A stretch of DNA of 64,000 bases from positions 3,402 to 67,401 of the forward strand of contig NZ_JAPZSV010000011.1 in NCBI RefSeq assembly GCF_027532185.1. The letters run 5' to 3'. Below, in pieces: positions 36,016-51,400 of this stretch (position 1 is the stretch's first letter; each line of letters opens with the position of its first letter). A program made the translations under genes and the position numbers. Source of the DNA: Hylemonella sp. GTDB taxonomy: Bacteria > Pseudomonadota > Gammaproteobacteria > Burkholderiales > Burkholderiaceae_C. The notes under the pieces were generated by a model, which saw nothing but the letters and a program-made list of their open reading frames with translations, was not told where the DNA came from and made no database searches.

Positions 36016-39000
36016 GTGCGTCTTACCTCGATCAAGCTTTCCGGTTTCAAGTCCTTCGCCGAGCCGACCAATTTCATGCTGCCGGGCCAGCTGGTGGGCG
36101 TGGTCGGCCCCAATGGCTGCGGCAAGTCCAACATCATGGATGCCGTGCGCTGGGTGCTGGGCGAAAGCCGCGCCAGCGAGCTGCGTGGCGAGTCCATGCA
36201 GGACGTGATCTTCAACGGTACCACCACGCGCAAGCCGGCCAGCCGCTCCAGCGTGGAGCTGGTCTTCGACAATGCGGATCACCGCGCCGGCGGCCCGTTC
36301 CGCGAATACGCGGAAATCGCCGTCAAGCGCGTGCTCACGCGTGACGGCACCAGCAGCTACTACATCAACAACCAGCCGGTGCGTCGGCGTGACGTGCAGG
36401 ACGTGTTCCTCGGTACCGGCCTGGGCCCGCGCGCCTACGCCATCATCGGCCAGGGCACGATCAGCCGCATCATCGAATCCAAGCCGGAAGAGCTGCGCCT
36501 CTTCCTCGAAGAAGCCGCCGGCGTTTCCAAGTACAAGGAGCGCCGCCGCGAGACCGAGAACCGCCTCTCGGACACGCGCGAGAACCTCACACGCGTCGAG
36601 GACATCCTGCGCGAACTTAACGCCAACCTCGAAAAGCTTGAGCGCCAGGCCGAGGTCGCGCAGAAGTACAACAGCCTGCAGGCTGACGTGACGCTCAAGC
36701 AGCAGCAGCTCTGGTACCTCAAGCGTTCCGAGGCCGAGGCCGATCAGACCCGCATCAAGCAGGAGGGCGAAAAGGCCGTCATCGAGCTTGAATCCCGTGT
36801 GGCCGACCTGCGCCACATCGAGGCTGACCTCGAAACCATCCGCCAGGCCCACTACGCTGCCGGTGACCAGGTCAACCAGGCCCAGGGCCTGCTCTACGAG
36901 GCCAGCACCGAGGTGGGGCGTCTGGAAGCGGAGATCCGCTTTGTGGTCGAGGGCCGCCAACGCGTCGAAGAGCGCCTCAACACGCTGAAAGAGCAGACCG
37001 CCCAGTGGGCCACGCGCAAGACCGACGCCCAGGCCGAGATCGAGCAGCTCGCCGAGCTGGCCCTGGTCGGGGAAGAGAAGACCACCGAGCTGGCCGCCCA
37101 GCTCGAAGAACAGTCGATGGCGCTGCCGGATCTCGAGGAAGCTCTGCGCCAGGCGCAGCACAAGGCCAACGAGCAGCGCAGCAGCGTGGGCCAGGTGCAG
37201 CAGCAGATCCAGGTGCTGGCCGCCGAGCAGCGCAGCATCGACGAACAGACGCGTCAGCTCCAGCAGCGCCGCGAACGCCTGGACACCGACAAAAAGGCTT
37301 TGGCCGCGCCCGACGAGGCGCGTCTGCAGAGCCTGCAGGCCCAGTCGGCGCAAGCCACCGAGGCCGCCGCCGTAGCCGAAGCGCGCCTGCACGAGCTGCA
37401 GGACAGCGTGCCCCAGCTTGACGAGGCGCGCCGTCAGCAGCAGGAAACGCTGAACACGGAGGCGGCCAAGCAGACCGATCTGTCCGCCCGTATGGAGGCG
37501 CTCAAGGCCCTGCAGGACAAGGTCAAGACCGACGGCAAGCTCCAGCCCTGGCTGGCCAAGCACGGCCTGGCTGATCTGCAGGCCCTGTGGACCAAGCTGC
37601 ACATCGAGCAGGGCTGGGAAAACGCCCTCGAGGCCGCCTTGCGCGAACGCATGGGCGCGCTCGAGGTCAGCCGCCTGGACATGGTCAAGGCCTTCGGGGC
37701 CGACGCGCCGCCGGCCAAGCTGGCCTTCTACAGCGCGCCGCAGGCCGGCGCGCCGGAGAAGGCCGGTGGCCTGCCACGCTTGGCCGAGCTCTTGCGCGTC
37801 AACGACGCCGGCCTCAAGGCCGTGCTGGTGGACTGGCTGCAGGGCTGCTACACCGCGCCCAGCTTCGAGGAGGCGCTGGCCCAGCGCAGCCAGCTGCAGC
37901 CCGGCGAAACCATCTACGTGAAGAGTGGTCACGCCGTCAGCCTGCACAGCGTGAGTTTTTACGCCCAGGATTCCGAGCAGGCCGGCCTGCTGGCGCGCGC
38001 GCAGGAGATCGAGAACCTCGAGAAGCAGCTGCGCGCGCAGTCGCTGATCAGCGAGGAGGCGCGTACCGCCCTGGTGCGCGCCGAAGCCGCCTACGCCGAT
38101 GCCTCGCAGCGCCTGGTCACGGCACGTCGTGAAGCCAGCGAGACCCAGAGCCGCGCCCACGAACTGCAGGTCGAGACCCTGCGCCTGACCCAGCTGGCCG
38201 AGCAGACCCGCGCCCGCAGCGAGCAGATCGCTGGCGACTTGGCCGAAGTCGACGCCTTGCTCGAAGAGCTGCAGGAGCGCCGCGTCGCGGCCGAGGGCCG
38301 GTTTGAAGAGCTGGACATGCAGCTGGCCGACAGCCAGGAGCGCCACGCCCAGCTCGACGAGCGTGTGCTCGAGGCCGAGCGCAAGCTCAACGCCTGTCGC
38401 GAGCAGCAGCGCGCCCTGGAGCGCCAGGCCCAGGAGGCCACCTTCTCGCTGCGCACGCTGGACGCGCGCAAGGCCGAGCTCTCGCGTGCCATCGAGACGG
38501 CTGAGCAGCAGGCGGCGTCCATCACGGGGGAAGAGCAGCGCGCGCGTGACGAGCTTGCGCGCCTGACCGACGCCGCCGCCCAGGCCGGGCTGCAGAACGC
38601 GCTGGCCCTGAAGTTGGAGCGCGAGCAGGCCCTGGCGGCCAAGAAGAGCGAGTACGACGACCTCACCGCCAAGTTGCGCGCCAGCGACGAGCGCCGCCTC
38701 AAGCTCGAGCGCGAGCTCGATCCCCTGCGCCAGCGCATCCAGGACATGCAGCTCAAGGAGCAGGCTGCGCGCCTGGGGCTGGAGCAGTACGACCAGCTGC
38801 TGGCCGAGGCCCAGGCCGACCTGGCGGCCGTGGCACTATCTATCGCCGACGGCAATGTGCGCCTCACGGGCCTGCAGGGCGAGATCGAGCGCCTGAACCG
38901 CGAGATCGCGGCCCTGGGGGCCGTCAACCTGGCGGCGCTGGAAGAACTGGCCCATGCGCGCGAGCGCAAGCAGTTCCTCGATGCGCAGTCGGCCGACCTG

Positions 39001-39531
39001 ACCGACGCCATGAACACGCTGGAAGACGCCATCCGCAAGATCGACGGTGAAACCCGCGAGCTGCTGGCCGGCACCTTCAAGACGGTCAACGAACATTTCG
39101 GCCGCATGTTCCCCGAGCTCTTCGGTGGTGGCCAGGCCAAGCTCATCATGACGGGCGACGAAATTCTGGACGCTGGCGTTCAGGTCATGGCGCAGCCCCC
39201 GGGCAAGAAGAACCAGACCATCCACCTGCTGTCGGGTGGCGAAAAGGCGCTGACCGCCATCGCCCTGGTGTTCGCCATCTTCCAGCTCAACCCCGCGCCC
39301 TTCTGCCTGCTGGACGAGGTGGACGCCCCGCTGGACGACGCCAACACCGAGCGCTATGCCAAGCTCGTGAGCAGCATGAGCAAGGGCACCCAGTTCCTCT
39401 TCATCAGCCACAACAAGATCGCGATGGAGATGGCGGAGCAGCTCATCGGCGTGACCATGCAGGAGCAGGGCGTCTCGCGCATCGTGGCGGTGGACATGGA
39501 GTCCGCCGTGTCCATGGCCGAGGCCGCCTGA
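36016..39531 (+). CDS. smc: Chromosome partition protein Smc
   Basis: 1171 aa, GTG start. Walker A GPNGCGKSN, long coiled coils, C-terminal LSGGEKALTAIAL and LLDEVDAPLD. Confidence 0.96.
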   Translation: MRLTSIKLSGFKSFAEPTNFMLPGQLVGVVGPNGCGKSNIMDAVRWVLGESRASELRGESMQDVIFNGTTTRKPASRSSVELVFDNADHRAGGPFREYAEIAVKRVLTRDGTSSYYINNQPVRRRDVQDVFLGTGLGPRAYAIIGQGTISRIIESKPEELRLFLEEAAGVSKYKERRRETENRLSDTRENLTRVEDILRELNANLEKLERQAEVAQKYNSLQADVTLKQQQLWYLKRSEAEADQTRIKQEGEKAVIELESRVADLRHIEADLETIRQAHYAAGDQVNQAQGLLYEASTEVGRLEAEIRFVVEGRQRVEERLNTLKEQTAQWATRKTDAQAEIEQLAELALVGEEKTTELAAQLEEQSMALPDLEEALRQAQHKANEQRSSVGQVQQQIQVLAAEQRSIDEQTRQLQQRRERLDTDKKALAAPDEARLQSLQAQSAQATEAAAVAEARLHELQDSVPQLDEARRQQQETLNTEAAKQTDLSARMEALKALQDKVKTDGKLQPWLAKHGLADLQALWTKLHIEQGWENALEAALRERMGALEVSRLDMVKAFGADAPPAKLAFYSAPQAGAPEKAGGLPRLAELLRVNDAGLKAVLVDWLQGCYTAPSFEEALAQRSQLQPGETIYVKSGHAVSLHSVSFYAQDSEQAGLLARAQEIENLEKQLRAQSLISEEARTALVRAEAAYADASQRLVTARREASETQSRAHELQVETLRLTQLAEQTRARSEQIAGDLAEVDALLEELQERRVAAEGRFEELDMQLADSQERHAQLDERVLEAERKLNACREQQRALERQAQEATFSLRTLDARKAELSRAIETAEQQAASITGEEQRARDELARLTDAAAQAGLQNALALKLEREQALAAKKSEYDDLTAKLRASDERRLKLERELDPLRQRIQDMQLKEQAARLGLEQYDQLLAEAQADLAAVALSIADGNVRLTGLQGEIERLNREIAALGAVNLAALEELAHARERKQFLDAQSADLTDAMNTLEDAIRKIDGETRELLAGTFKTVNEHFGRMFPELFGGGQAKLIMTGDEILDAGVQVMAQPPGKKNQTIHLLSGGEKALTAIALVFAIFQLNPAPFCLLDEVDAPLDDANTERYAKLVSSMSKGTQFLFISHNKIAMEMAEQLIGVTMQEQGVSRIVAVDMESAVSMAEAA

Positions 39532-39553
39532 AGCAGCGCGGAGCCGGGCCCCG

Positions 39554-42668
<3,115 letters not shown>

Positions 42669-42671
42669 GGC

Positions 42672-43043
42672 TCAGGCCGACAGCAGCCGAACGATCTCGG
42701 CGCGCAGGGTCGCCTGCGTGAACGGCTTGGTGAGGTAAGCGTGGGCCCCGGCTTCCCATCCGCGCTCCCGATCTTCGGGCCGGTCGTTGGAGGACATCAG
42801 AATGATCTTGACGCCTTGCAGCGCAGCGTCGGCGCGCAGGGCCTTGCAGACCTCATAACCGTCACGCTGTCCCGGCATGACCACGTCCAGCACCACCAGT
42901 TGGGGATGGAGATGCGCTGCCATCTTGAGGCCGGCTTCGCCATGGGATGCCTCGTAGACCTCGACAGGAGCATCGTTCAGGGCCCATTTCACAAGCTGTC
43001 GCGTTTGCGCATGGTCATCGATGACCAGTACCTTCAGCTTCAT
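42672..43043 (-). CDS. Single-domain response regulator (CheY-like receiver)
   Basis: Starts MKLKVLVIDDH, with a phospho-acceptor context LVVLDVVMPG and a conserved K in KPF. No output domain. Confidence 0.85.
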   Translation of the reverse strand: MKLKVLVIDDHAQTRQLVKWALNDAPVEVYEASHGEAGLKMAAHLHPQLVVLDVVMPGQRDGYEVCKALRADAALQGVKIILMSSNDRPEDRERGWEAGAHAYLTKPFTQATLRAEIVRLLSA

Positions 43044-43084
43044 TGTCAAATCTGATGTTAGGCGGCTCGCTCTGACGTCGTCTG

Positions 43085-43546
43085 TCACTCGGGCTTCGCC
43101 GCTGTGTTGTCCTCCGTAGAGGGTTCGATTCTATGCTCGGGGCGTTGCCACAGCCACAGCGCCACACCGCCCATGCAGGCCATTGCCGTCCAGGCCGCCC
43201 AGCGCGGGTGGCCGCTCCACAGCAGGTAAGCGCTCGAGGCTGCCATGAAGCCGCTGGACATCCACTTGGCCTTGCGGCTCACCACGCCGCCGCGGCGCCA
43301 GTCGCGGATCATGGGGCCGAAGGCCGTGTGGTGTTCCAGCCAGTGCAGCAGGCGTGGCGAGCTTCGTGCCGCGGCCCAGGCCGAGAGCAGGATGAAGGGC
43401 GTGGTGGGCAGCACGGGCAGAAAGGCGCCGAGGACGCCCAGCCCCAGGAACAGCAGGGCCAGGGCCAGGTAGACGGCACGTGCCAGGGCCGACAGGGGCC
43501 TGGTCAGGCCGGCGGCGGCGGGCTGGGGCGTCGGATCGGAGGACAT
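43085..43546 (-). CDS. DUF454 (YbaN) family inner-membrane protein
   Basis: [35 protein letters not shown] is a characteristic YbaN motif. The start is tentatively set at MSSDPTP. Confidence 0.75.
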   Translation of the reverse strand: MSSDPTPQPAAAGLTRPLSALARAVYLALALLFLGLGVLGAFLPVLPTTPFILLSAWAAARSSPRLLHWLEHHTAFGPMIRDWRRGGVVSRKAKWMSSGFMAASSAYLLWSGHPRWAAWTAMACMGGVALWLWQRPEHRIEPSTEDNTAAKPE

Positions 43547-43614
43547 CTGCCACCATTGTGCCGCGTCCGTGTGGTGGCGATATGCTTGGGGCATCCCTTC
43601 GTCCCTCCTGCCAT

Positions 43615-44154
43615 ATGACCGTCCGCCAGATCCTCAAGATGGGTGACCCGCGCCTGCTGCGCGTGGCCCAGCCCGTGACCGAATTCGACACCGACGCCCT
43701 GCACCTGCTGGTCACCGATCTGCTCGACACCATGGCCGCGGCCAACGGCGCCGGCCTGGCCGCACCGCAGATCGGCGTGGACCTGCAGGTGGTGATCTTT
43801 GGCAGCGGTGCACCCAATCCACGTTACCCAGAGGCGCCCATCGTGCCGCGCACGGTGTTGTGCAACCCGGTGATCACGCCGCTGGGGGAAGACGAGGAGC
43901 TGGGCTGGGAGGGCTGCCTCTCGGTGCCCGGTCTGCGGGGAGTGGTGCCGCGCTGGCAGCGCATCCGCTACACGGGCTTCGATCCATATGGCGACGCCAT
44001 CGACCGTACGGTGGAGGGCTTTCACGCCCGTGTGGTGCAGCACGAGTGCGACCACCTGATCGGCAAGCTCTACCCCATGCGGGTGCGCGACTTCACCCAG
44101 TTCGGCTACACCGAAGTCCTGTTTCCCGGGCTGGACGCCAGCGAGGACGATTGA
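43615..44154 (+). CDS. def: Peptide deformylase
   Basis: [18 protein letters not shown] and QHECDHL motifs are all present. 179 aa. Confidence 0.92.
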   Translation: MTVRQILKMGDPRLLRVAQPVTEFDTDALHLLVTDLLDTMAAANGAGLAAPQIGVDLQVVIFGSGAPNPRYPEAPIVPRTVLCNPVITPLGEDEELGWEGCLSVPGLRGVVPRWQRIRYTGFDPYGDAIDRTVEGFHARVVQHECDHLIGKLYPMRVRDFTQFGYTEVLFPGLDASEDD

Positions 44155-44196
44155 GACCGGTGTGGGCCGGAGGTCGGGGCCGGCCCGTGGTGCCCG

Positions 44197-44811
44197 TCAG
44201 AGTGGCTTGATCCGCACCAAGCGCCACTTGATCGGGCCGCCGTTGACGCCCTTGACGCCGGGGCCGAACTGCAGCGCGAAGGGGCCGCTGCTGTACTTGT
44301 CGTTGCGGATCTGCGCAGTCTGCACGCCGTTGAGCCGGACCGTCAGCTGATCGCCCCGGGCCGTGATCTCCAGGGTGTTCCAGCGCCCGCCGGCCTTGTG
44401 CACTGTCGGCACGGGTACGGGCGCGAAGTTCACGATGGCGCCGGTCGCGTAGGTCGGGTCGGGTCGGATGTCCCAGATGTTGGCTTCATAGGAATTGTCC
44501 GCCGTGATTTTGGCGGGATCCGAGGCCCGGAAAAAGATGCCGCTGTTCGTGTCAGTGGCCGCCCAGAACTCCGCATAGATCTCGAAGTCCTTGTAGCTTT
44601 GTTTGGACACGAGGAAGCCGCCCTTGCCCTGGTTGGCGGTGATCCCGCCCCTGTCGACTTGCCAATTGGCGTCACCGATGCGGTTCCAGTTCTCCAGGCC
44701 GCTCTCGCCGTCGATCAGGGAGACCCAGCCGGAGCCTGGCCAGCTGGCGCAGGCGGCAAGTCCCAGGGACAGGGTGAGCAGGGCCAGCCTGCGCGTGAAA
44801 GAGTGCTGCAT
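44197..44811 (-). CDS. DUF1080 (3-keto-disaccharide hydrolase-like) domain lipoprotein
   Basis: Lipobox LSLGLAAC, with NW...GFLVSKQSYKDFEI...FRA blocks typical of DUF1080. The start is set at MQHSF. Confidence 0.7.
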   Translation of the reverse strand: MQHSFTRRLALLTLSLGLAACASWPGSGWVSLIDGESGLENWNRIGDANWQVDRGGITANQGKGGFLVSKQSYKDFEIYAEFWAATDTNSGIFFRASDPAKITADNSYEANIWDIRPDPTYATGAIVNFAPVPVPTVHKAGGRWNTLEITARGDQLTVRLNGVQTAQIRNDKYSSGPFALQFGPGVKGVNGGPIKWRLVRIKPL

Positions 44812-44940
44812 GGAGGTCTCCTCGGGGTCGTTGTGAGCTGCGGACAAGTTCGCCGCAGACACACTATCGCACGCCGGTGTGGAGGCCTGTCAAGCGGGGA
44901 AACGGGGGTGCGCAGCGCCCCGACGCGCGCCGCGTGCGTC

Positions 44941-47532
44941 TCAGGACGCGAGCACGCCCAGCAGCTCGGTCTCGATGGCGATCTGGGCGCGGTTGTTCTG
45001 CAGCTCGGGGCCGTCGACCAGGAAGACGTCGTCGACGCGTTCGCCCAGGGTATTGATCTTGGCCAACTGCAGGTTGATGCGGTGGCGGGCCAGCACGCGG
45101 GCCACCTTGTAGAGCAGGCCGGGCTGGTCGCTGGCCGTGATGCTGAGCAGCCAGCGCTGGGCTTTCTCGTCGGGCTTGAGCGTGACGCGAGGCGCAAAGG
45201 GAAAGCTCTTGACCCGGCGCGAGAGACGGCCGCGGCTGGGCTCGGGCAGCTCGCCCCCTTCGGCAATGACCCGGGCCAGTTCGGCCTCGACCATATGGCT
45301 CATCTCGCGGTAGTGGTCCTGCAGGTCGGGGGTGATGACCAGAAAGGTGTCGAGCGCATAGCCGTTGCGCGCGGTGTGGATGCGCGCATCGAGGATGCTG
45401 AAGCCACCCTGGTCGAAATAGCCGCAGATGCGTGCAAAGAGGTCGGCCTGGTCGGGCGTGTAGACCAGCACCTGCAGTCCCTCGCCCCCGGGCGAACGAC
45501 GCGCACGCACGATGGTCTGCCCGGAGCCCACGTGACGCGAGAGGTGGCGCGTGTGCCACGCGATGTCGTCGGCGTCATGGCGCATGAAGTAGCTCACGTC
45601 CAGTGTGTCCCAGAGCTTCTTGTGGGCTTCATGCGGCAGGCTGTGCAGCGCCAGCTGGACCAGGGCCTCGCGCTTGTGGGCTTCCACCTCGGTGTCGGGC
45701 GAGGGCGCATGGCCGCCGAGCACACGCAGGGTGTAGCGGTACAGGTCTTCGAGCAGCTTGCCCTTCCAGGCGTTCCAGACCTTGGGGCTGGTACCGCGGA
45801 TGTCGGCCACCGTCAGCAGGTACAAGGCCGTGAGGTAGCGCTCGTTGCCGACCTGCTTCGCGAAAGCCTGGATCACGTCCGGGTCGCTGAGGTCGGACTT
45901 CTGCGCGATGCGGCTCATCGAGAGGTGTTCCTTGACGAGGAACTCGATCAGCCGCGCGTCCTCGCGCGCGATGCCATGCTGCCGCGCGAAGAGCCGCACC
46001 TCCTCGGCGCCCAGGTCCGAGTGATCACCGCCACGACCCTTGGCGATATCGTGGAAGAGCGCGGCCGTGTAGAGGATCCAGGGCGCATCCCAGCCCGCGG
46101 CCAGCTGCGAGCAGAAGGGGTACTCGTGCACATGCTCGGCCATGAAGAAGCGGCGCACGTTGCGCAGCACCATGAGGATGTGCTGGTCCACGGTGTAGAC
46201 ATGGAACAGGTCATGCTGCATCTGGCCCACGATGCGCCGGAAGATCCACAGGTAGCGTCCCAGCACCGAGGTCTGGTTCATCAGACGCATGGCGTGCGTG
46301 ATGCCGCGCGGCTGCTGCAGGATCTGCATGAAGGTGGCGCGGTTGACCGGATCGCTGCGGAACTTCGCGGTCATGAGGCCGCGGGCGTTGTAGAGCGCGC
46401 GCAGCGTGCGCGCCGACAGGCCCTTGGCGCCCTCGGTGGTCTGGTAGACCAGGAAGGTCTCCAGGATGGCGTGCGGCTCGCGCTGGTAGAGGTCGTCGCT
46501 GGCGACTTCGATCAGCCCGGATTTGTCGAGGAAGCGCGCGTTGATGGCGCGCGGTGCCTGCGTGTTCGGGTTGAGCCGTTCCTCGATGTTGAGCAGCAGG
46601 ATCTGGTTGAGCTGGGTCACGGCCTTGGCGGCCCAGTAGTAGTGACGCATCAGCGACTCGCTGGCACGCACCTTGGTTCGGACCTCTGCCGTGTCCGAGC
46701 TGTAGCCGAAACTGTTGGCCACGGCCGTCTGCAGGTCGAAGACCAGCCGGTCTTCGCGCCGGCCCGCCGTGAGGTGCAGGCGCAGGCGGATGAGCTCCAG
46801 CATGGCTTCGTTGCGCTTGAGCTGGCGTACCTCGAAAGGCGTGGCCAGGCCATTGCGCGCCAGCTCGTCCCAGCTCTTGCCATAGCCTGCCGCCTGCGCC
46901 ACCCAGAGGATGATCTGCAGATCGCGCAGGCCGCCCGGAGACTCCTTGCAGTTGGGTTCCAGCGCGTAGGGCGTGTCCTCGAACTTGCTGTGGCGCTGCT
47001 GCATCTCCAGCGTCTTGGCGACGAAGAAGGCGCGCGGGTCCATGGCCTGCCGGAATCGCCAGCGGAAGTCCTTGAACAGGGCCGTGTTGCCGCAGATGGC
47101 GCGTGATTCGAGCAGCGCGGTCTGTACCGTCACGTCCTTGGCGGCCTCGGCCAGACACTCGTCGACCGTGCGCACGCTGGAGCCGATCTCCAGGCCCGCG
47201 TCCCAGCAGCTGCTGATGAAGGTCTCGATGCGCTGGCGCAGCGCCTCGTCCGTGTCGGGCGATTGGCCTTCGGGCAGCAGCAGCAGCACGTCAATGTCGG
47301 AATGGGGGAAAAGCTCGCCGCGGCCGAAGCCGCCCACGGCCGCCAGCGTGGGACCTGGGCCAAAGCCAGCCTGCCGCCACAGGGTCTTGAGCGTGTCGTC
47401 GGCCAGGCGCGCCAGCCGACGCAGCGCGGCATGCACACCGCGGGTCGACCTGCCGCCGCCGCTGACGGCCAGCAGCGCCTCGGCTTTGCGGGCGCGGTAC
47501 TGTTCTCGAAGGGTGGGGTAGGTCGCTGGCAT
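44941..47532 (-). CDS. glnD: [Protein-PII] uridylyltransferase / uridylyl-removing enzyme
   Basis: About 860 aa with a nucleotidyltransferase N-terminus ([15 protein letters not shown]), an HD domain ([13 protein letters not shown]) and two C-terminal ACT domains. Downstream of map, as in E. coli. Confidence 0.95.
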   Translation of the reverse strand: MPATYPTLREQYRARKAEALLAVSGGGRSTRGVHAALRRLARLADDTLKTLWRQAGFGPGPTLAAVGGFGRGELFPHSDIDVLLLLPEGQSPDTDEALRQRIETFISSCWDAGLEIGSSVRTVDECLAEAAKDVTVQTALLESRAICGNTALFKDFRWRFRQAMDPRAFFVAKTLEMQQRHSKFEDTPYALEPNCKESPGGLRDLQIILWVAQAAGYGKSWDELARNGLATPFEVRQLKRNEAMLELIRLRLHLTAGRREDRLVFDLQTAVANSFGYSSDTAEVRTKVRASESLMRHYYWAAKAVTQLNQILLLNIEERLNPNTQAPRAINARFLDKSGLIEVASDDLYQREPHAILETFLVYQTTEGAKGLSARTLRALYNARGLMTAKFRSDPVNRATFMQILQQPRGITHAMRLMNQTSVLGRYLWIFRRIVGQMQHDLFHVYTVDQHILMVLRNVRRFFMAEHVHEYPFCSQLAAGWDAPWILYTAALFHDIAKGRGGDHSDLGAEEVRLFARQHGIAREDARLIEFLVKEHLSMSRIAQKSDLSDPDVIQAFAKQVGNERYLTALYLLTVADIRGTSPKVWNAWKGKLLEDLYRYTLRVLGGHAPSPDTEVEAHKREALVQLALHSLPHEAHKKLWDTLDVSYFMRHDADDIAWHTRHLSRHVGSGQTIVRARRSPGGEGLQVLVYTPDQADLFARICGYFDQGGFSILDARIHTARNGYALDTFLVITPDLQDHYREMSHMVEAELARVIAEGGELPEPSRGRLSRRVKSFPFAPRVTLKPDEKAQRWLLSITASDQPGLLYKVARVLARHRINLQLAKINTLGERVDDVFLVDGPELQNNRAQIAIETELLGVLAS

Positions 47533-47553
47533 GGCGACAGACGGCAGCAAGTT

Positions 47554-48369
47554 TCAGGCCAGGGCTGGCTCTGCCTTCACGAAGGCCGGCGGCGGCGGAC
47601 TGCCGGCCGACAGGGTCAGCACCTCGTAGCCGGTCGGCGTGACCAGCACCGTGTGCTCCCACTGGGCCGAGAGCGAGTGGTCCTTGGTCACGATGGTCCA
47701 GCCGTCGCCCAGCTCACGCACCTCGCGCCGGCCGGTGTTGATCATGGGCTCGATGGTGAAGGTCATGCCCGGCTTGAGCTCCTCGCCCGTGCCAGGCTTG
47801 CCGTAGTGCAGCACCTGCGGCTCCTCGTGGAAGACCTGGCCGATACCGTGGCCGCAGAACTCGCGCACCACCGAGAAGCCGTTGCTTTCGGCGAACTTCT
47901 GGATCGCCCAGCCCACGTCACCGAGGCGGGCGCCGGGTTTGACCTGCACGATGCCGTGCCACATGGCCTCGTAGGTCAGGGCGCACAGGCGCTTGGCGGC
48001 AATCGAGGCCTCGCCGACGATGAACATACGGCTGGTGTCGCCGTACCAGCCGTCCTTGATAACGGTGACGTCGACGTTGACGATGTCGCCCTTCTTGAGC
48101 GGCTTGTCGTTGGGGATGCCGTGGCAGACCACGTGGTTGACCGAAGTGCAGAGCGAGGCGGGGTAGGGCGGGTAGCCCGCCGGCTGGTAGCCCAGGGTGG
48201 CGGAAATGCTGCCCTGGGCCTTCATGCACTCGGCGGCCAGGCGGTCGATCTCGCGCGTGGTGATGCCCGGCTTGATGTGCGGGGTCAGGTGGTCCAGCAC
48301 TTCGGAGGCCAGGCGGCAGGCCACGCGCATGCCCGCGATTCCTGCTTCGTCTTTGTAGGTGATCGTCAT
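47554..48369 (-). CDS. map: Type I methionine aminopeptidase
   Basis: The start is set at MTITYKDEAGIAGMR. FCGHGIG and other metal-ligand blocks are present. Confidence 0.95.
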   Translation of the reverse strand: MTITYKDEAGIAGMRVACRLASEVLDHLTPHIKPGITTREIDRLAAECMKAQGSISATLGYQPAGYPPYPASLCTSVNHVVCHGIPNDKPLKKGDIVNVDVTVIKDGWYGDTSRMFIVGEASIAAKRLCALTYEAMWHGIVQVKPGARLGDVGWAIQKFAESNGFSVVREFCGHGIGQVFHEEPQVLHYGKPGTGEELKPGMTFTIEPMINTGRREVRELGDGWTIVTKDHSLSAQWEHTVLVTPTGYEVLTLSAGSPPPPAFVKAEPALA

Positions 48370-48488
48370 GGCCGTGATTATCCCATCGCAGGCGCTTTCC
48401 TGCCCGTCTGCGCCCGATGCCGCACGCCCAGGAAGTAGAATTCCACCTTTCCCCGGACCTCCGTCCACACCCCCTCAAGGCCACCCCC

Positions 48489-51400
48489 GTGACCCTGCAC
48501 ATTTCCTCTTACGAAGGCGGCAGCGCCCTCAGCTCCTTCCGCGTCCAGCAACTCCTGCCTCGTCTGCAGGCCATCCACGACAAGATTTCCGGCATCGCGG
48601 CCCGCTACGTGCATCTGGTGGCCGGTGACACGCCGCCCACGCCCGAACAGCAGCGCCAGCTCGCGGCCCTGTTGAACTACGGCGACCCCTACGCCGGCCC
48701 GGCCGAGGGTCCGCTGGTGGTGGTGGCACCGCGTTTGGGTACGGTCTCGCCCTGGGCCTCCAAGGCTACCGACATTGCCCACAACTGCGGCCTGGCGTTG
48801 CATCGGGTGGAGCGCATCGTCGAGTACCGGCTCACGCTCAAGTCCGGCCTGCTCGGCAAGGCCACGCTGAGCACCGAGCAGCTGGGCCAGGTGGCCGCGC
48901 TGCTGCACGACCGCATGACCGAGAGCGCCCTGGCCAGCCGTGAAGACGCGGCCAGCCTGTTCACCGAACTGCACCCGGCGCCCATGGACCATGTGGACAT
49001 CCTGGGCGGTGGCCGCGCTGCGCTGGAGCAGGCCAACGCTGCCTGGGGCCTGGCCCTGGCCGATGACGAGATCGATTACCTCGTCCAGGCCTTCAACGAT
49101 CTGAAGCGCAACCCCACGGACGTGGAGCTCATGATGTTCGCGCAGGCCAACAGCGAGCACTGCCGCCACAAGATCTTCAATGCCGACTTCACCATCGACG
49201 GCGTGCGCCAGCAGCGCAGCATGTTCGGCATGATCCGCCACACCCACCAGACCAGCCCGCAGCACACGGTGGTGGCCTATTCGGACAACGCTTCCATCAT
49301 GGAAGGCGTGCCGGTCGAACGTTTCATCGCCCGCATGGAGGGTGGCACATCGCCCGCTTACCAAAAGTCGGCCGCCGTGAACCACGTACTCATGAAGGTG
49401 GAGACGCACAACCACCCCACGGCCATCTCGCCTTTCCCCGGTGCCTCCACAGGGGCCGGGGGCGAAATCCGCGACGAGGGCGCCACGGGCCGCGGCTCGC
49501 GTCCCAAGGCGGGTCTGACGGGCTTCACGGTCTCCAAACTCTGGGGCGGCTGGTCGGATCAGCCGGGTGGCAAGCCCGAGCACATCGCCAGCCCGCTGCA
49601 GATCATGATCGAGGGCCCGCTCGGCGGCGCGGCCTTCAACAACGAGTTCGGTCGCCCCAACCTGGCGGGTTACTTCCGCGAGTACGAGCAGACGGTGGCC
49701 AGCGATGCGGACACGGTGCTGCGGGGCTACCACAAGCCCATCATGATCGCGGGGGGGGTGGGCGCGATCGACTCGAAGCTGACCAAGAAGATCGAGTTCC
49801 CCGCCGGTACGCTGCTGATCCAGCTCGGTGGCCCGGGCATGCGCATCGGCATGGGCGGCGGCGCAGCCAGCTCAATGGCCACAGGGGCCAATGCGGCCGA
49901 GCTGGACTTCGATTCCGTGCAGCGCGGCAACCCCGAGATCGAGCGTCGCGCGCAGGAGGTCATCAACCACTGCTGGTCGCAAGGCGACAAGAACCCCATC
50001 CTCGCCATCCACGACGTGGGAGCGGGCGGCCTCTCGAACGCCTTCCCCGAGATCACCAATGACGCCGGCCGCGGTGCGCGTTTCGACCTGCGGGCCGTGC
50101 CGCTGGAGGAATCGGGCCTGGCGCCCAAGGAGATCTGGTGCAACGAGAGCCAGGAGCGCTATGTGCTGGCCATCGCGCCCGAGTCTCTGGAGCAGTTCAA
50201 GGCGTTCTGCGAGCGCGAGCGTTGCCCCTTTGCGGTGGTCGGTGTGGCCACCGACAAGCGTCAGCTGGAGCTGGTCGATGCCGGCAAGGAAAGCCCGGTG
50301 GACATGCCCATGGATGTGCTGTTGGGTAAGCCGCCCAAGATGCATCGTGATGTGAAGACCATCGCGCGCCGCTTCAAGCCGCTGGACCTCACGGGTGTCG
50401 ATCTGCAGCAGGCCGTGATCGACGTGCTGAGCCACCCCACCGTGGCCTCCAAGCGCTTCCTCATCACCATCGGCGACCGTACCGTGGGCGGGCTCACGCA
50501 CCGCGATCAGATGGTCGGCCCCTGGCAGGTGCCGGTGGCCGACGTGGCCGTGACCCTGGCCGACTACGCCGGTTTCGCCGGCGAGGCCATGAGCATGGGC
50601 GAGCGCACGCCGCTGGCTGCACTGGACGCCCCGGCCTCGGGTCGCATGGCCGTGGCCGAGGCCATCACCAACCTACTGGCCGCGCCCATCGAGCTGCCGC
50701 GCGTCAAGCTCTCTGCCAACTGGATGGCCGCCTGCGGTGAGCCCGGCGAAGATGCCGCGCTCTACGCCACCGTGCAGGCCGTGGGCATGGAGCTGTGTCC
50801 GGCCCTGGGCATCTCCATTCCTGTGGGCAAGGACAGCCTGTCCATGCGCACGCAATGGAGCGATGGCCCGGAGAAGAAGAAAGTCACATCGCCCGTCTCG
50901 CTCATCGTGAGTGCCTTCGCCACGCTGCCCGATGTGCGAGGCACGCTGACGCCGCAGCTCGACAACCAGGTCGACACCACGCTGCTGCTGGTGGATCTGG
51001 GCAGGGGCCAGAGCCGCATGGCCGGCTCCATCCTGGCGCAGACTTTGAACCAAACGGGCGACACCGTGCCCGATCTGGACGATGCGCAGGATCTCGTCAA
51101 GCTCGTGAATGCCGTGAACGCCCTGCGCGCGCAGGGCAAGCTGCTGGCCTACCACGACCGCAGCGACGGCGGCCTGCTCGCTGCCGTGGCCGAGATGGCC
51201 TTCGCGGGCCATGTGGGCGTGGCGCTCAATGTCGACCTGCTGGTCACCGAGGGCGACGGTATCAGCGACAGCCGTATGGACACCGGCGACAGCAAGAACT
51301 GGGCGAGCCAGGTCAGCGCGCGCCGCGACGAACTCACGCTCAAGGCCCTCTTCAACGAGGAGCTGGGTGTGGTGCTGCAGGTCAAGACCGAGGACCGCGA